DNA of 64,000 nt from Candidatus Kerfeldbacteria bacterium (GTDB lineage Bacteria; Patescibacteriota; Patescibacteriia; UBA10025; JAHIVO01). This document shows, one piece after another, positions 19,638 through 28,881 of the stretch (position 1 is the stretch's first letter; every line of letters starts with the position of its first letter). A program made the translations under genes and the position numbers. The notes below the pieces were generated by a model that saw only the letters and a list, made by a program, of their open reading frames with translations, was not told the DNA's origin and did not search any database. The stretch covers positions 1,233,329 through 1,297,328 of the forward strand of contig CP181398.1 in the NCBI GenBank assembly GCA_047946875.1. The letters are read 5' to 3'.

Positions 19638-19982
19638 CTACTCTTCTCTATGTATCTTGTCAATAAGCCCATCTATGTGAGATATTTTTTGTTGGTCAAT
19701 ATCTATAGAAAATGCTAATTTGGGTGTTTTTCTTAATATTACTACTTGATTGAACTCATTTTGAATACTTTTGATGTTTTTATTTAGTATTGCCAAAATA
19801 GAGGCACGTTTGTTTGCCGGCATTATACTAACAAGAACTCTAGCCTGACTAAGGTCAGAGCTAGTTTTTACTCTAGTTATGGTTACCAAGCTATCCGGTG
19901 GTAATCCAATTTCTTTTGATAAAATTTTACCTAATTCGTGCTGAATTAATTCATTTACTTGTTTTATACGATGAGAAGGCAT
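19638..19982 (-). CDS. rbfA: ribosome-binding factor A
   Basis: RIKQVNELIQHEL, TITRVKTSSDL and LRKTPKLAF; follows infB. Confidence 0.93.
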   Translation of the reverse strand: MPSHRIKQVNELIQHELGKILSKEIGLPPDSLVTITRVKTSSDLSQARVLVSIMPANKRASILAILNKNIKSIQNEFNQVVILRKTPKLAFSIDIDQQKISHIDGLIDKIHREE

Positions 19983-20011
19983 TATTATATATTAGGCTAT
20001 TAATTAAATTA

Positions 20012-21994
20012 TTATTGAATAATTTCTTCTTTATAGGTTTCTATTATATCCCCTTCTTTAAGTTCTGAAACATTTGTTATTTGAATCCCACATTCTGTAC
20101 CGGATGGTATAGATTTAGTTTCTTGTTTTGATTGTTGAAGTTTTGTGATTTCACCTTCATCAATTTTTTTATCATCTCTTATTATTCTTGCTTTTGTGTT
20201 AAGTTCAATTTTACCCTTAGTAACAAGCGCACCAACAATTTGAACTTTTTTCTCTGAACGAAAAATTGCCAATACTTTTGCTTTACCAGATTCCACAATT
20301 TCTGTTTTATATTCAACCATTCCATCAATTACTTTTTTAACGTGATCAGTTAGATCGTATATTATTGAGTATAAATTTATTGTTAAATCTTTTTCTTTGG
20401 CAATTTCTTGAGCAAGATTTTCAGCTTTAACATTAAAACCAAATATTAATGCTTTTGTTTTTTCAGCAGCTATAATATCATTATCATTTATAGTGCCTAA
20501 ACCTTGTTTAATAAATTTGATTTTAATATCATCAGTTTGTAGAACTTCTAATGATTGAATAATTGCTTCTAGTGAACCAAAGGCATCAGCTTTCAAAATA
20601 ATATTTAATACTTTATTACTTCCATTGCCTTCTTTTTTTTGTATAGATTGCCAGTTTTGTTTATCTTGGTAAACTTTTTTTTGATGACTAATTTTTTTCA
20701 TCATTTTTTTTAGTGATTGGTCACTATTAATAACTTGTAAAATATCTCCAACTTCTGGAATATTCTTTAGACCTAATATTTTTACCGGTGTAGATGGAGT
20801 AGCATTATCTATAATTTCTCCATTATAATCTTTCATAAATTTTATTTTACCTACTACTTCTCCGACTTGAATATTGTCTCCTTTTTTTAGTGTGCCCGCT
20901 AGAACTATTGATGTAGCTGATGGACCCTCACCTTTATCGATATGTGATTCGATGATAGTTCCAATTGCTAATTGTTTTGGATCGGATAGTATATTATCTT
21001 TTTCGACATCAGCTAAAAGTAAAAGATGTTCTAATAGGTCATCAATACCTTCGCCTGTTTTTGCTGATACAGGAACGCAGATAACTTTGCCTCCCCAATC
21101 TTCTGGTAATAAATCTTTTTGTGCTAATTGATTTTTAACTTTTTCGACATCAGCTTCTGGTTTGTCAGTTTTATTTAAGGCAACCAAGAAGGGTAATTTT
21201 GCACTTTTAATTATTTTAATAACTTCTTCAGTCTGTGGTTTAATTCCATCATCGGCAGCAATTATAAGAATGGCAATATCAGCCACCCTAGCACCACGAG
21301 AACGCATAGCAGTAAAAGCTTCATGTCCCGGAGTGTCTATAAATGTTATTTTCCTTTTGTTTTTTGTTACTTGATATGCACCGATATGCTGCGTAATTCC
21401 ACCTGATTCTTTTGCTATCACATTAGTTTTTCTTATAGTATCTAATAGTTGAGTTTTGCCATGATCCACATGTCCCATTACTACTACTATTGGTGGTCGA
21501 GATTTTAGTATCTTAGAATCTTTTTCAATTAGATCGTCGATAGTTGATTCATCTTCGGATTCTTTTGATTCATCTTCATCTTTAATAAGTGGCGTGAAAC
21601 CAAAGTCTTCTGCAATGATACTGGCTGTTTCATAGTCTATTTGTTCATTAAGATTAGCCAAAATTCCATTTTTCATAAGCTCCTGAATGATAGTGGCTAC
21701 TGGTTTTTTTAATAAATCTGCAAAGTCACGAACAGTAATTACACTAGGGATAATGATATTTTCTTTTTCTTTTTCATCTACTTCTTCTGGAATTTCAGTT
21801 TCTTCAGGAAGTTGTTCACGTCTATAATCTTCTATTATATCGGGGTTATTTCTAATTTTATCAATAATCATAAAAGCAGATTTGTCATCAACTTTTATTG
21901 CTTTTCGTCCAATATCAAAACCGATCTTAGGTAGTAAGTCTTTTAATTCATTGGTAGTTATTTTTAACTTTCTGGCTAGTTCGGTTACATTCAT
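20012..21994 (-). CDS. infB: translation initiation factor IF-2
   Basis: GHVDHGKT, GGITQHIGAY, DTPGHEAF, NKTD and ECGI motifs. Confidence 0.98.
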   Translation of the reverse strand: MNVTELARKLKITTNELKDLLPKIGFDIGRKAIKVDDKSAFMIIDKIRNNPDIIEDYRREQLPEETEIPEEVDEKEKENIIIPSVITVRDFADLLKKPVATIIQELMKNGILANLNEQIDYETASIIAEDFGFTPLIKDEDESKESEDESTIDDLIEKDSKILKSRPPIVVVMGHVDHGKTQLLDTIRKTNVIAKESGGITQHIGAYQVTKNKRKITFIDTPGHEAFTAMRSRGARVADIAILIIAADDGIKPQTEEVIKIIKSAKLPFLVALNKTDKPEADVEKVKNQLAQKDLLPEDWGGKVICVPVSAKTGEGIDDLLEHLLLLADVEKDNILSDPKQLAIGTIIESHIDKGEGPSATSIVLAGTLKKGDNIQVGEVVGKIKFMKDYNGEIIDNATPSTPVKILGLKNIPEVGDILQVINSDQSLKKMMKKISHQKKVYQDKQNWQSIQKKEGNGSNKVLNIILKADAFGSLEAIIQSLEVLQTDDIKIKFIKQGLGTINDNDIIAAEKTKALIFGFNVKAENLAQEIAKEKDLTINLYSIIYDLTDHVKKVIDGMVEYKTEIVESGKAKVLAIFRSEKKVQIVGALVTKGKIELNTKARIIRDDKKIDEGEITKLQQSKQETKSIPSGTECGIQITNVSELKEGDIIETYKEEIIQ

Positions 21995-22022
21995 ATTAGA
22001 ATTATATTTTAGTTAGATTTAT

Positions 22023-22052
22023 AAAAAACGATCCTATATTTTTGGATCGTTT
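22023..22052 (-). terminator. terminator/attenuator-like hairpin upstream of infB
   Basis: aaacgatcc/ggatcgttt stem with U tract on the minus strand. Confidence 0.5.
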
Positions 22053-22079
22053 GCTTTATGTAGTCAAATTGATTACTAC

Positions 22080-22859
22080 TTAAAACATACGATTTTTTCC
22101 AACAATAATTTTTAGTTTTTTTGGTAATACTTCTACAGCGATAGGAGTTTTGATTGTAGTGTGCCCATCTATTATGGCTGGTAAGCACTCTTTATTGCAT
22201 TTAATTTTAACTTTTTTGAAAGGAAATATGCTACTTTCTGAAAAATCATTATTAAAAACATTAAAAAAAGATTTCGGTTTCTCTGCTTGCGTAAACACTG
22301 CTTCTAGTAGTCCGTCTTTTGGGTTGCAGTGATGTCTTTTTTCTTTTGATGAACTGTTATTAATTTCTAAATCGAAATTACAGATACTTATCTGACTATC
22401 ATCAGTGATCGGTCTAATATTATAACTACCATAATCTAAAAATACTTCTTTGTTGATTGGTAGTTTAAGATTAGATATAAAATAATAATTATTTGCTTTA
22501 CCAAGGTCTATTTTTTCTACTAGGCGTGCAGATAAAATATCACATGCTGCCTCCCCTTCTGGTATTCCAAGTTTTTTTGCAATTTCGTTATTAGGTCCGA
22601 TAGGAATTATACCAAGAGTAATATTTAATTTTGGTAAGAGGCTAATCACTTTACTTATAGTTCTATCATTACCGACAGCTATTATTGTATCAGCGCCTCG
22701 CTTTACTATTTCACTCACAGATTCTGAAAAACTTTTTAGTATTGTTAATTTTTCTATTCTTCCATTGATACCCAAATCAGTAAGTCTTGACTCAATTTTA
22801 TCTAATATAGTTTGGTATTTTTTTTCTGAAAGATACTGATCAAATATATAGTTATGCAT
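22080..22859 (-). CDS. diacylglycerol kinase-like protein
   Basis: IIAVGNDRT (degenerate GGDGT), LGIIPIGPNNEIAKKLGIP, IDLG and IIDG motifs. Confidence 0.85.
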   Translation of the reverse strand: MHNYIFDQYLSEKKYQTILDKIESRLTDLGINGRIEKLTILKSFSESVSEIVKRGADTIIAVGNDRTISKVISLLPKLNITLGIIPIGPNNEIAKKLGIPEGEAACDILSARLVEKIDLGKANNYYFISNLKLPINKEVFLDYGSYNIRPITDDSQISICNFDLEINNSSSKEKRHHCNPKDGLLEAVFTQAEKPKSFFNVFNNDFSESSIFPFKKVKIKCNKECLPAIIDGHTTIKTPIAVEVLPKKLKIIVGKNRMF

Positions 22860-22873
22860 ACAAACAGTATTAA

Positions 22874-23278
22874 CTATTTATCCTGAGCTACTTTTTTATT
22901 ATCTTTGTTATCAACAGTAACATTTTCTTCAGTACCCATAGTACATTTACCATTAATTAATGCACCTTCTTCTACAGTTAATATTTTGGTTTCCAAGTTT
23001 CCTATAATTTTTGCTGAGCTTTTTAATTCTGCTTTTTCATTAACTTTTACGTTTCCTCGAATCTCTCCAGAAAGATAAAGATTATTTGCTGTTACTTCTG
23101 CTTTAATCTTTGCAGTGGATCCGATAGTTAAATTACTTTTAGTTTTTAAACTACCTTGGACAATACCATCAACAATAATATTACCGTCACTTTTAAAGTT
23201 TCCGTCTACTTTTACTGAAGATCCAATAATAGTTTCCGAATTACCGTCTTGTGGTGCCTCGTCATTAAAAATTGCCAT
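22874..23278 (-). CDS. bactofilin (polymer-forming cytoskeletal protein)
   Basis: ETIIGSSVKVDG...IIVDGIVQG...VEEGALINGKCTM beta-helix pattern. Confidence 0.92.
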   Translation of the reverse strand: MAIFNDEAPQDGNSETIIGSSVKVDGNFKSDGNIIVDGIVQGSLKTKSNLTIGSTAKIKAEVTANNLYLSGEIRGNVKVNEKAELKSSAKIIGNLETKILTVEEGALINGKCTMGTEENVTVDNKDNKKVAQDK

Positions 23279-23419
23279 AAGTTGAATAGTTAAAAATTAA
23301 TTGATAGTATTCTGATTCTAGTATTTTTAATGGTTAAAGTCAAATTTTCAATTAATATAATTGTAATTTTATTCACATTAAGATAAACTAAAAATTAGTA
23401 TAAACATTTAAACAATAAT

Positions 23420-23698
23420 ATGGGTAATAAAAAGAATAAACAAAATTTACATGGAATTGAGCATTTATATCAAGAACTTGATAATAAAATCGAAACACCA
23501 GAAATTAAGAATGTTGAGCAGAAGGATAATACTAATATAAAGCCAGTCATAAAAGAAAAAAGTCACCTTAAAAAAGAGCTAGTAATTATTATTGTTATTA
23601 TGATCGTTTTATTTGGTGTTTTGGGAGTTATTTTATATTTTGACAATTCTAATGATTTTTTGCTAACGTTAGCTGAAAAACTCTCTAATCTATACTAA
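23420..23698 (+). CDS. hypothetical single-TM protein
   Basis: 92 aa with one C-terminal TM helix. Confidence 0.65.
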   Translation: MGNKKNKQNLHGIEHLYQELDNKIETPEIKNVEQKDNTNIKPVIKEKSHLKKELVIIIVIMIVLFGVLGVILYFDNSNDFLLTLAEKLSNLY

Positions 23699-23792
23699 TT
23701 ATTTTACGACACAAAGTTTAAGCTAAATTTAGTAATATTCTGTAGAATACTCAAATATACTCTCTTTTTTGCTAACATTAGCAAAAAATGTA

Positions 23793-23808
23793 TGTTCCAC
23801 GTGGAACA
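23793..23808. promoter_or_regulatory. parS site
   Basis: TGTTCCACGTGGAACA, the canonical 16-bp parS palindrome. Confidence 0.88.
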
Positions 23809-23820
23809 TATAAATATTAT

Positions 23821-23892
23821 GCCCTCGTAGTTCAATGGATAGAACAAGGGACTCCTAAGCCTTAGATCTAGGTTCGATTCCTGGCGAGGGCA
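23821..23892 (+). tRNA. tRNA-Arg (anticodon CCU)
   Basis: GCCCTCG/CGAGGGC acceptor, anticodon loop CTCCTAA and T loop TTCGATT; 31-39 mismatch; CCA not encoded. Confidence 0.88.
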
Positions 23893-23966
23893 ATTTAACT
23901 TCATTTATTATAATAATGAATAATACATGTAGTTGAGAAAGTATTTAATATATTAATTTAATTTAT

Positions 23967-24521
23967 ATGAAGAAAGTAATATTGATTCATGGGTCATATG
24001 GAAATCCTGAAGAAAATTGGTTTCCTTGGTTAATAAAAAAACTAGTCGATAATGATTTTAAAGTATTTGCTCCAAAGTTTCCTACCCCGCTGAATCAGTC
24101 ATTTGAGGCATGGGAGGAAGTGTTAAGTAAACATATTAAAGAAATAGACGAAAATACTAAGATTGTTGCTCACAGTATAGGGGTACCGTTCGTATTAAAG
24201 ATAATTGAAAAATATGATCTAAATGTAAGTAATCTCTTTTTTGTATCTGGTTTTTTAAATAAGTTAAATGACAAAAGATTTGATGTAATTAATGAAACAT
24301 TTTTTAAGGATATTAATTGCGATAAATGTAATGACCTTTCTAATCAAGTATATATTTATCATTCAGATAATGACCCTTATGTTGCAATTAAACATGCTAT
24401 TGACCTGAGTAAGCAACTTAATGGTTCTAGACTTACAGTAATTAAAAACGGAGGTCATTTCAATAATGATTCCGGTTATACAAAATTTCCACAGTTATTA
24501 GAAGATATACTTAGTTCATAA
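23967..24521 (+). CDS. RBBP9/YdeN-family alpha/beta hydrolase
   Basis: IHGSYG, NWFPWL, AHSIG, HSDNDPYV and GGHFN motifs. Confidence 0.92.
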   Translation: MKKVILIHGSYGNPEENWFPWLIKKLVDNDFKVFAPKFPTPLNQSFEAWEEVLSKHIKEIDENTKIVAHSIGVPFVLKIIEKYDLNVSNLFFVSGFLNKLNDKRFDVINETFFKDINCDKCNDLSNQVYIYHSDNDPYVAIKHAIDLSKQLNGSRLTVIKNGGHFNNDSGYTKFPQLLEDILSS

Positions 24522-24528
24522 ATACAAA

Positions 24529-24544
24529 TGTTCCACGTGGAACA
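24529..24544. promoter_or_regulatory. parS site
   Basis: second exact TGTTCCACGTGGAACA. Confidence 0.88.
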
Positions 24545-24592
24545 TTGTAGATAGTAGATATAATTGTTATGATTTTGCGTAAATATATGTAA

Positions 24593-24669
24593 GGGCCTGT
24601 GGCGCAATTGGCTAGCGTGCTTCCATGGCATGGAAGAGGTTGTGGGTTCGAGTCCCATCAGGTCCACCA
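24593..24669 (+). tRNA. tRNA-Ala (anticodon GGC)
   Basis: GGGCCTG/CAGGTCC acceptor with G3-U70, anticodon arm CTTCC-ATGGCAT-GGAAG and encoded CCA. Confidence 0.95.
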
Positions 24670-25029
24670 AATAGTTCACTTGTGTTGAATACTAACTAAT
24701 TGGTTTGTAGTATGTATTAGATAGGTAAAAATATACTATTAATTGTAAAAAGAAGGGAGTAAAGTAGTATTTAGATATTAATTATGTTAATGTTTCTAAT
24801 TGATGTATATTTTTGGTTATTTATGACTTTTGTAACTTATAATTTATTCAGAAGTGAAATGGTAAATATATTCCATATCCGATTTATTATTTATTGAATT
24901 TTGATTTTAACTGAATATTCCCAATTTATGATTCCTAAATTATTAATTTGTATGATATAATATATGATCAAAGTATTATAATTTTGTAAATATATTTTCG
25001 TATAAATAATAAGGTGGGGGGTGATAAAT

Positions 25030-25707
25030 ATGAATTCAGTATCCCAAATAGTAGAAAATTCATTTGCTGATTTTTGGTCGCAATTTACCAGTTTTATTCC
25101 TACATTACTACTAGCACTCGCATTACTTTTTGCGGGTTTTATTTTGGCTTGGTTATTAGAAATAGTATCTAGGAGAATAATGAAATTTGTAATGCTTGAT
25201 AAAATAGTAGAAAAAATTGGTTTAAAAGGATTATTTGATAAGGCAGGACTAAAAGTTAGTTTTACAAGATTGTTGTCAGGCATTGTTTATTGGTTTGTTC
25301 TAATTGTATTCCTGACATCAGTTATCGATGTGTTAGGACTAACTCAATTATCGAGTTTTATGGATGGGTTAGTTGCGTATTTGCCTAACGTGATTGCTGC
25401 GGTTGCTATATTAGTTATAGGAATTTTAGTTGCTAACTTATTATTTAATGTAGTTAAACATGCGAGTGAATCAGCAAATTTACAGTCTGCAAGTTTTCTC
25501 GCATCATTGACCAAATGGTCAATTTTTGTTTTTTCTTTTATTGCAGCATTAGTACAACTAAAAATAGCTCCGGATTTATTGACAGTATTATTTACTGGAA
25601 TTATTGTGATGATCTCGTTAGCGGGCGGTCTTGCATTTGGATTAGGTGGTAAAGATGCTGCTAAAGAAATTATTGAAAAGTTTAGAGGTAATATCAGAAG
25701 CAATTAG
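25030..25707 (+). CDS. TM-helix repeat membrane protein (mechanosensitive-channel associated type)
   Basis: FIPTLLLAL and YLPNVIAAVAIL repeats; C-terminal GLAFGLGGKDAAKEI. Confidence 0.85.
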   Translation: MNSVSQIVENSFADFWSQFTSFIPTLLLALALLFAGFILAWLLEIVSRRIMKFVMLDKIVEKIGLKGLFDKAGLKVSFTRLLSGIVYWFVLIVFLTSVIDVLGLTQLSSFMDGLVAYLPNVIAAVAILVIGILVANLLFNVVKHASESANLQSASFLASLTKWSIFVFSFIAALVQLKIAPDLLTVLFTGIIVMISLAGGLAFGLGGKDAAKEIIEKFRGNIRSN

Positions 25708-25714
25708 TATATAG

Positions 25715-25744
25715 AAACAATCTTGAAAAATTCAAGGTTGTTTT
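25715..25744 (+). terminator. intrinsic terminator
   Basis: aaacaatcttgaa/ttcaaggttgttt stem with T tract. Confidence 0.6.
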
Positions 25745-25804
25745 TATATACTGAAAAATAATTTATAGTTAATTTGTATTTACATATCGTTTATGAAAGA
25801 GGGG

Positions 25805-25846
25805 TTGACAAAAAAATCATAAAGGAATATACTGGGGGGGAGTATA
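25805..25846 (+). promoter_or_regulatory. promoter overlapped by a CsoR/RcnR-type operator
   Basis: TTGACA-N17-TATACT; TATACT-G7-AGTATA matches the TACT-G-tract-AGTA operator type. Confidence 0.82.
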
Positions 25847-25855
25847 CATAATTTT

Positions 25856-26134
25856 ATGAATAAACAAGAAGACAACAATAAATGTGACTTGAAATCAATA
25901 TGTAATAGATTGCATAGAATTAATGGACAAGTCACTGCGGTCGAAAGGATGTTAAATGAAAAAAGTGATTTTACGGCAATACTTCAACAGTTAGTAGCAG
26001 CTAGAACAGCCATGGATAAGGTTGCGGGTTTAGTGTTAGAAAGTGAAGCAAGAGGATGTTTAAGTAATAAGAATTCTAATTTAGCAACGAAAGAATTAAG
26101 TAAAATCGTTGCAACTTTTTTTAAAGTAACATAA
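25856..26134 (+). CDS. CsoR/RcnR-family repressor
   Basis: RLHRINGQVTAVERML...ILQQLVAARTAMDKV four-helix signature. Confidence 0.88.
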   Translation: MNKQEDNNKCDLKSICNRLHRINGQVTAVERMLNEKSDFTAILQQLVAARTAMDKVAGLVLESEARGCLSNKNSNLATKELSKIVATFFKVT

Positions 26135-26207
26135 TAATGTTTACAATTAACAATAAGAAAGCTAAAATAAATAAGTAACTAATATATTAATTAAAATAAG
26201 AAAAAAT

Positions 26208-26531
26208 ATGTCAGAAGTAACTTTAACAGACAAAAATTTTGAGGAAGAAGTATTAAAATCTGAAATACCAGTTTTAGTTGATTTTTGGGCAGAGTGGTGC
26301 GGACCATGTAAAATGCAAGGACCAATCGTTGAAGAAGTCGCAAAAGACTTTGAAGGAAAAGCAAAAGTAGGAAAATTAGAAGTAGATCAGAATCCAACAA
26401 TGGCACAGAAATATGGAATTATGAGTATTCCTACTGTAGCAATATTTAAAGCTGGTGAAATTGTTTGGCAAGGAGTAGGGATGCAGCCTAAAGAAGGGTT
26501 AACATCCGAACTTGATAAAGTTTTAAAATAA
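26208..26531 (+). CDS. trxA: thioredoxin
   Basis: VDFWAEWCGPCK and IMSIPT motifs. Confidence 0.97.
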   Translation: MSEVTLTDKNFEEEVLKSEIPVLVDFWAEWCGPCKMQGPIVEEVAKDFEGKAKVGKLEVDQNPTMAQKYGIMSIPTVAIFKAGEIVWQGVGMQPKEGLTSELDKVLK

Positions 26532-26548
26532 ACTAAAAGAATATAGAC

Positions 26549-27511
26549 ATGAAATATGACGTAATTATAGTTGGTGGAGCGCCTGCCGGTATTACGGCAG
26601 CAATTTATGCTTCTCGTCGAGCAATGAAAACTTTAGTAGTAACTCAAGATATAGGTGGACAAGCAGCCACTACTCCAGATATTGAAAACTATCCAGGCTA
26701 TGCAAGTATTAATGGAATGGAGTTAATGGATAATTTCAAAAAGCAGGCTGAGAAAACCGGTACTGAATTTGTTTTTGAAGAAGTAAAAGAGGTAGTAAAA
26801 AAAGATGATAAATTTGTTGTTAAAACAAATACGAAAGAATTTGAAACAAAATCTGTTATTCTTGCATTTGGTTTAACTCATCGTCACTTAGGAATTCCTG
26901 GTGAAGAGGAGTATGGGGGAAAAGGTGTATCATATTGCGCAACATGTGACGCGCCATTATTTAAGCAAAAAGACGTAGCAGTGGTTGGTGGAGGTAATTC
27001 TGCTTTAGATGCAACTTTATTATTATCTAAATTAGCTAAGAAGGTATATTTGATTCACCGCCGTGATAAATTTAATGGAGAACAAATTTTAATTGATCGA
27101 GTTTTGGCAGCTGATAATGTTGAGATTGTTTATAATAGTAAGGCTATAGAAGTAAAAGGTGAGATGGTGGTAAAGAGTTTAATTGTTACAGATATAGAAG
27201 ATGAAACTAAAACTAGAGAAATTGAATTACAAGGTATCTTTGTAGAAATTGGTTTTCAAGTAAAAGGAGATTTAGTTGAAGGGTTAGTTGAGCTAGATGA
27301 GCGAAAACAAATAATTGTTAATAAGAATTGTGAAACTTCAACACCTGGAATATTTGCTGCTGGTGATGTGACTGATATTGAGTTTAAGCAGATTGTTATA
27401 TCTGCTGGAGAAGGTGCTAAGGCAGCTTTATCTGCAAATAAATTTATTAATTCAGGGAAGATTACGGGCGTCGATTGGGGTTCTCAAAAAGTAAATAGCA
27501 ATAATAAATAA
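26549..27511 (+). CDS. trxB: thioredoxin-disulfide reductase
   Basis: GGAPAG, ENYPG, CATCD, GGGNSA and AAGDVT motifs. Confidence 0.93.
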   Translation: MKYDVIIVGGAPAGITAAIYASRRAMKTLVVTQDIGGQAATTPDIENYPGYASINGMELMDNFKKQAEKTGTEFVFEEVKEVVKKDDKFVVKTNTKEFETKSVILAFGLTHRHLGIPGEEEYGGKGVSYCATCDAPLFKQKDVAVVGGGNSALDATLLLSKLAKKVYLIHRRDKFNGEQILIDRVLAADNVEIVYNSKAIEVKGEMVVKSLIVTDIEDETKTREIELQGIFVEIGFQVKGDLVEGLVELDERKQIIVNKNCETSTPGIFAAGDVTDIEFKQIVISAGEGAKAALSANKFINSGKITGVDWGSQKVNSNNK

Positions 27512-27519
27512 ATAATTTT

Positions 27520-28794
27520 ATGGACAATCAAACAATAAATCCTTTTGTTAATGCACTAAAAAAATTAAAAGAGTCTATTAATTATTTAGATATTGATGAT
27601 AAGTATTACGATATTCTAAGCAAGCCGGAAGCAGTACTTGAAAAAGATATAAAAATTGAGATGGATGATGGTACTAAAAAAATATTTCCAGGATATCGTG
27701 TACAGTTTAATAGTACTCGTGGACCATATAAAGGTGGAATAAGATTTCATCAAGAAGTTGATTTAGATGAAGTTAAAACTTTAGCTTTCCTGATGAGTAT
27801 AAAATGTGCAGTAGCGAATATACCTATGGGTGGAGGTAAGGGAGGTATTCAAGTTAATCCAAAAGAATTATCAAAGATAGAAGTTGAAAAAATATCTAGA
27901 GCATGGGTACAAGCTTTTTTTGATAAGATTGGACCAGAGAAGGATATTCCTGCCCCAGATGTAAATACAAATCCTCAGATTATGACTTGGATGGTAGATG
28001 AATATTCTAAGATAGCTGGTGAAAAATCTCCAGCTGCATTTACAGGTAAACCAATAGAAGAAGGTGGTTCGGCTGGTAGAGAATTTTCTACATCACAAGG
28101 AGGCCATTATGTGTTGACTGAGTTAGCAAAAAAATTAAAATTAATTCCAAATCAGTCTAAAGTGGTTGTGCAGGGTTTTGGTAATGCCGGTTTTCATATG
28201 GCCAGAATATTACATCAAGATGGATATAAGATTATTGGTGTAGCGGATTCGAGAGGTGGAGTTGTATCACGTGATGATAGTTTAAATCCAAATCATTTAA
28301 TAAGAGAGAAAAAAAATAATGGGAAGCTTGAAGGAGTTTATTGTTTAGGAGATGAATGTTTTAAGGTCGAGCATGACCATATAGAGAATAAAGATTTATT
28401 AGAATTGGAAACTGATATATTAGTTCCTGCTGCTTTAGGAAATCAAATTACCGAAGAGAACGCAGGTCGTATTAAAGCTAAAATTATTATTGAACTAGCT
28501 AATGGACCGATTACCCCTGAAGCTGATAAAATTTTGTATGAAAAAGGAATTATCGTTATACCTGATATTCTTGCCAATGCTGGTGGAGTGATAGTTAGTT
28601 ATTTTGAATGGTTGCAAAATTTAAAAAATGAAAAGTGGTCAGAGGAAGAAGTCTTAAAAAAACTTTCTGATATTATGATTAAAGAATTTGATAATGTCTG
28701 GACAATCGCCCAAGATAAAAAAGTAGATTTAAGAACCGCAGCTTATATTTTAGCAATCGGCAGAATAGTAGAGGCCATCAAAAGTAAAAAATAA
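27520..28794 (+). CDS. gdhA: Glu/Leu/Phe/Val dehydrogenase (glutamate dehydrogenase)
   Basis: GPYKGGIRFH, GGGKGG, DIPAPD, QGFGNAG, ELANGP and VSYFEWLQN motifs. Confidence 0.93.
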   Translation: MDNQTINPFVNALKKLKESINYLDIDDKYYDILSKPEAVLEKDIKIEMDDGTKKIFPGYRVQFNSTRGPYKGGIRFHQEVDLDEVKTLAFLMSIKCAVANIPMGGGKGGIQVNPKELSKIEVEKISRAWVQAFFDKIGPEKDIPAPDVNTNPQIMTWMVDEYSKIAGEKSPAAFTGKPIEEGGSAGREFSTSQGGHYVLTELAKKLKLIPNQSKVVVQGFGNAGFHMARILHQDGYKIIGVADSRGGVVSRDDSLNPNHLIREKKNNGKLEGVYCLGDECFKVEHDHIENKDLLELETDILVPAALGNQITEENAGRIKAKIIIELANGPITPEADKILYEKGIIVIPDILANAGGVIVSYFEWLQNLKNEKWSEEEVLKKLSDIMIKEFDNVWTIAQDKKVDLRTAAYILAIGRIVEAIKSKK

Positions 28795-28816
28795 ATAATG
28801 ACAAAAAGATTTTTTA

Positions 28817-28881
28817 GGCAGTGGAGTCAATGTTAGGTTTATCGAGGGAGAGTCAATTTAGAATTTAATAAAATTATAGAT
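28817..28881 (+). repeat. 65-bp direct repeat, copy 1
   Basis: 58/65 identical to 31519-31583 by manual alignment; ends immediately before ATG 28882. Confidence 0.9.

Noticed and set aside
23656-23788. Near-duplicate gctaacgttagc / gctaacattagc palindromes (also at 46154-46165)
   Set aside because: One copy is coding and one is a plausible terminator; too short to support an operator
23704-24679. Minus-strand ORFs 23704-23904 and 24476-24679
   Set aside because: Antisense translations of tRNA-Arg and tRNA-Ala
23279-25029. oriC at the gene-orientation switch near the parS pair
   Set aside because: Only one imperfect DnaA box (ttattcaca, 23369-23377) and no dnaA. By eye, third-codon bias of left-side genes suggests the plus strand is leading there too; a cumulative skew plot would settle it.
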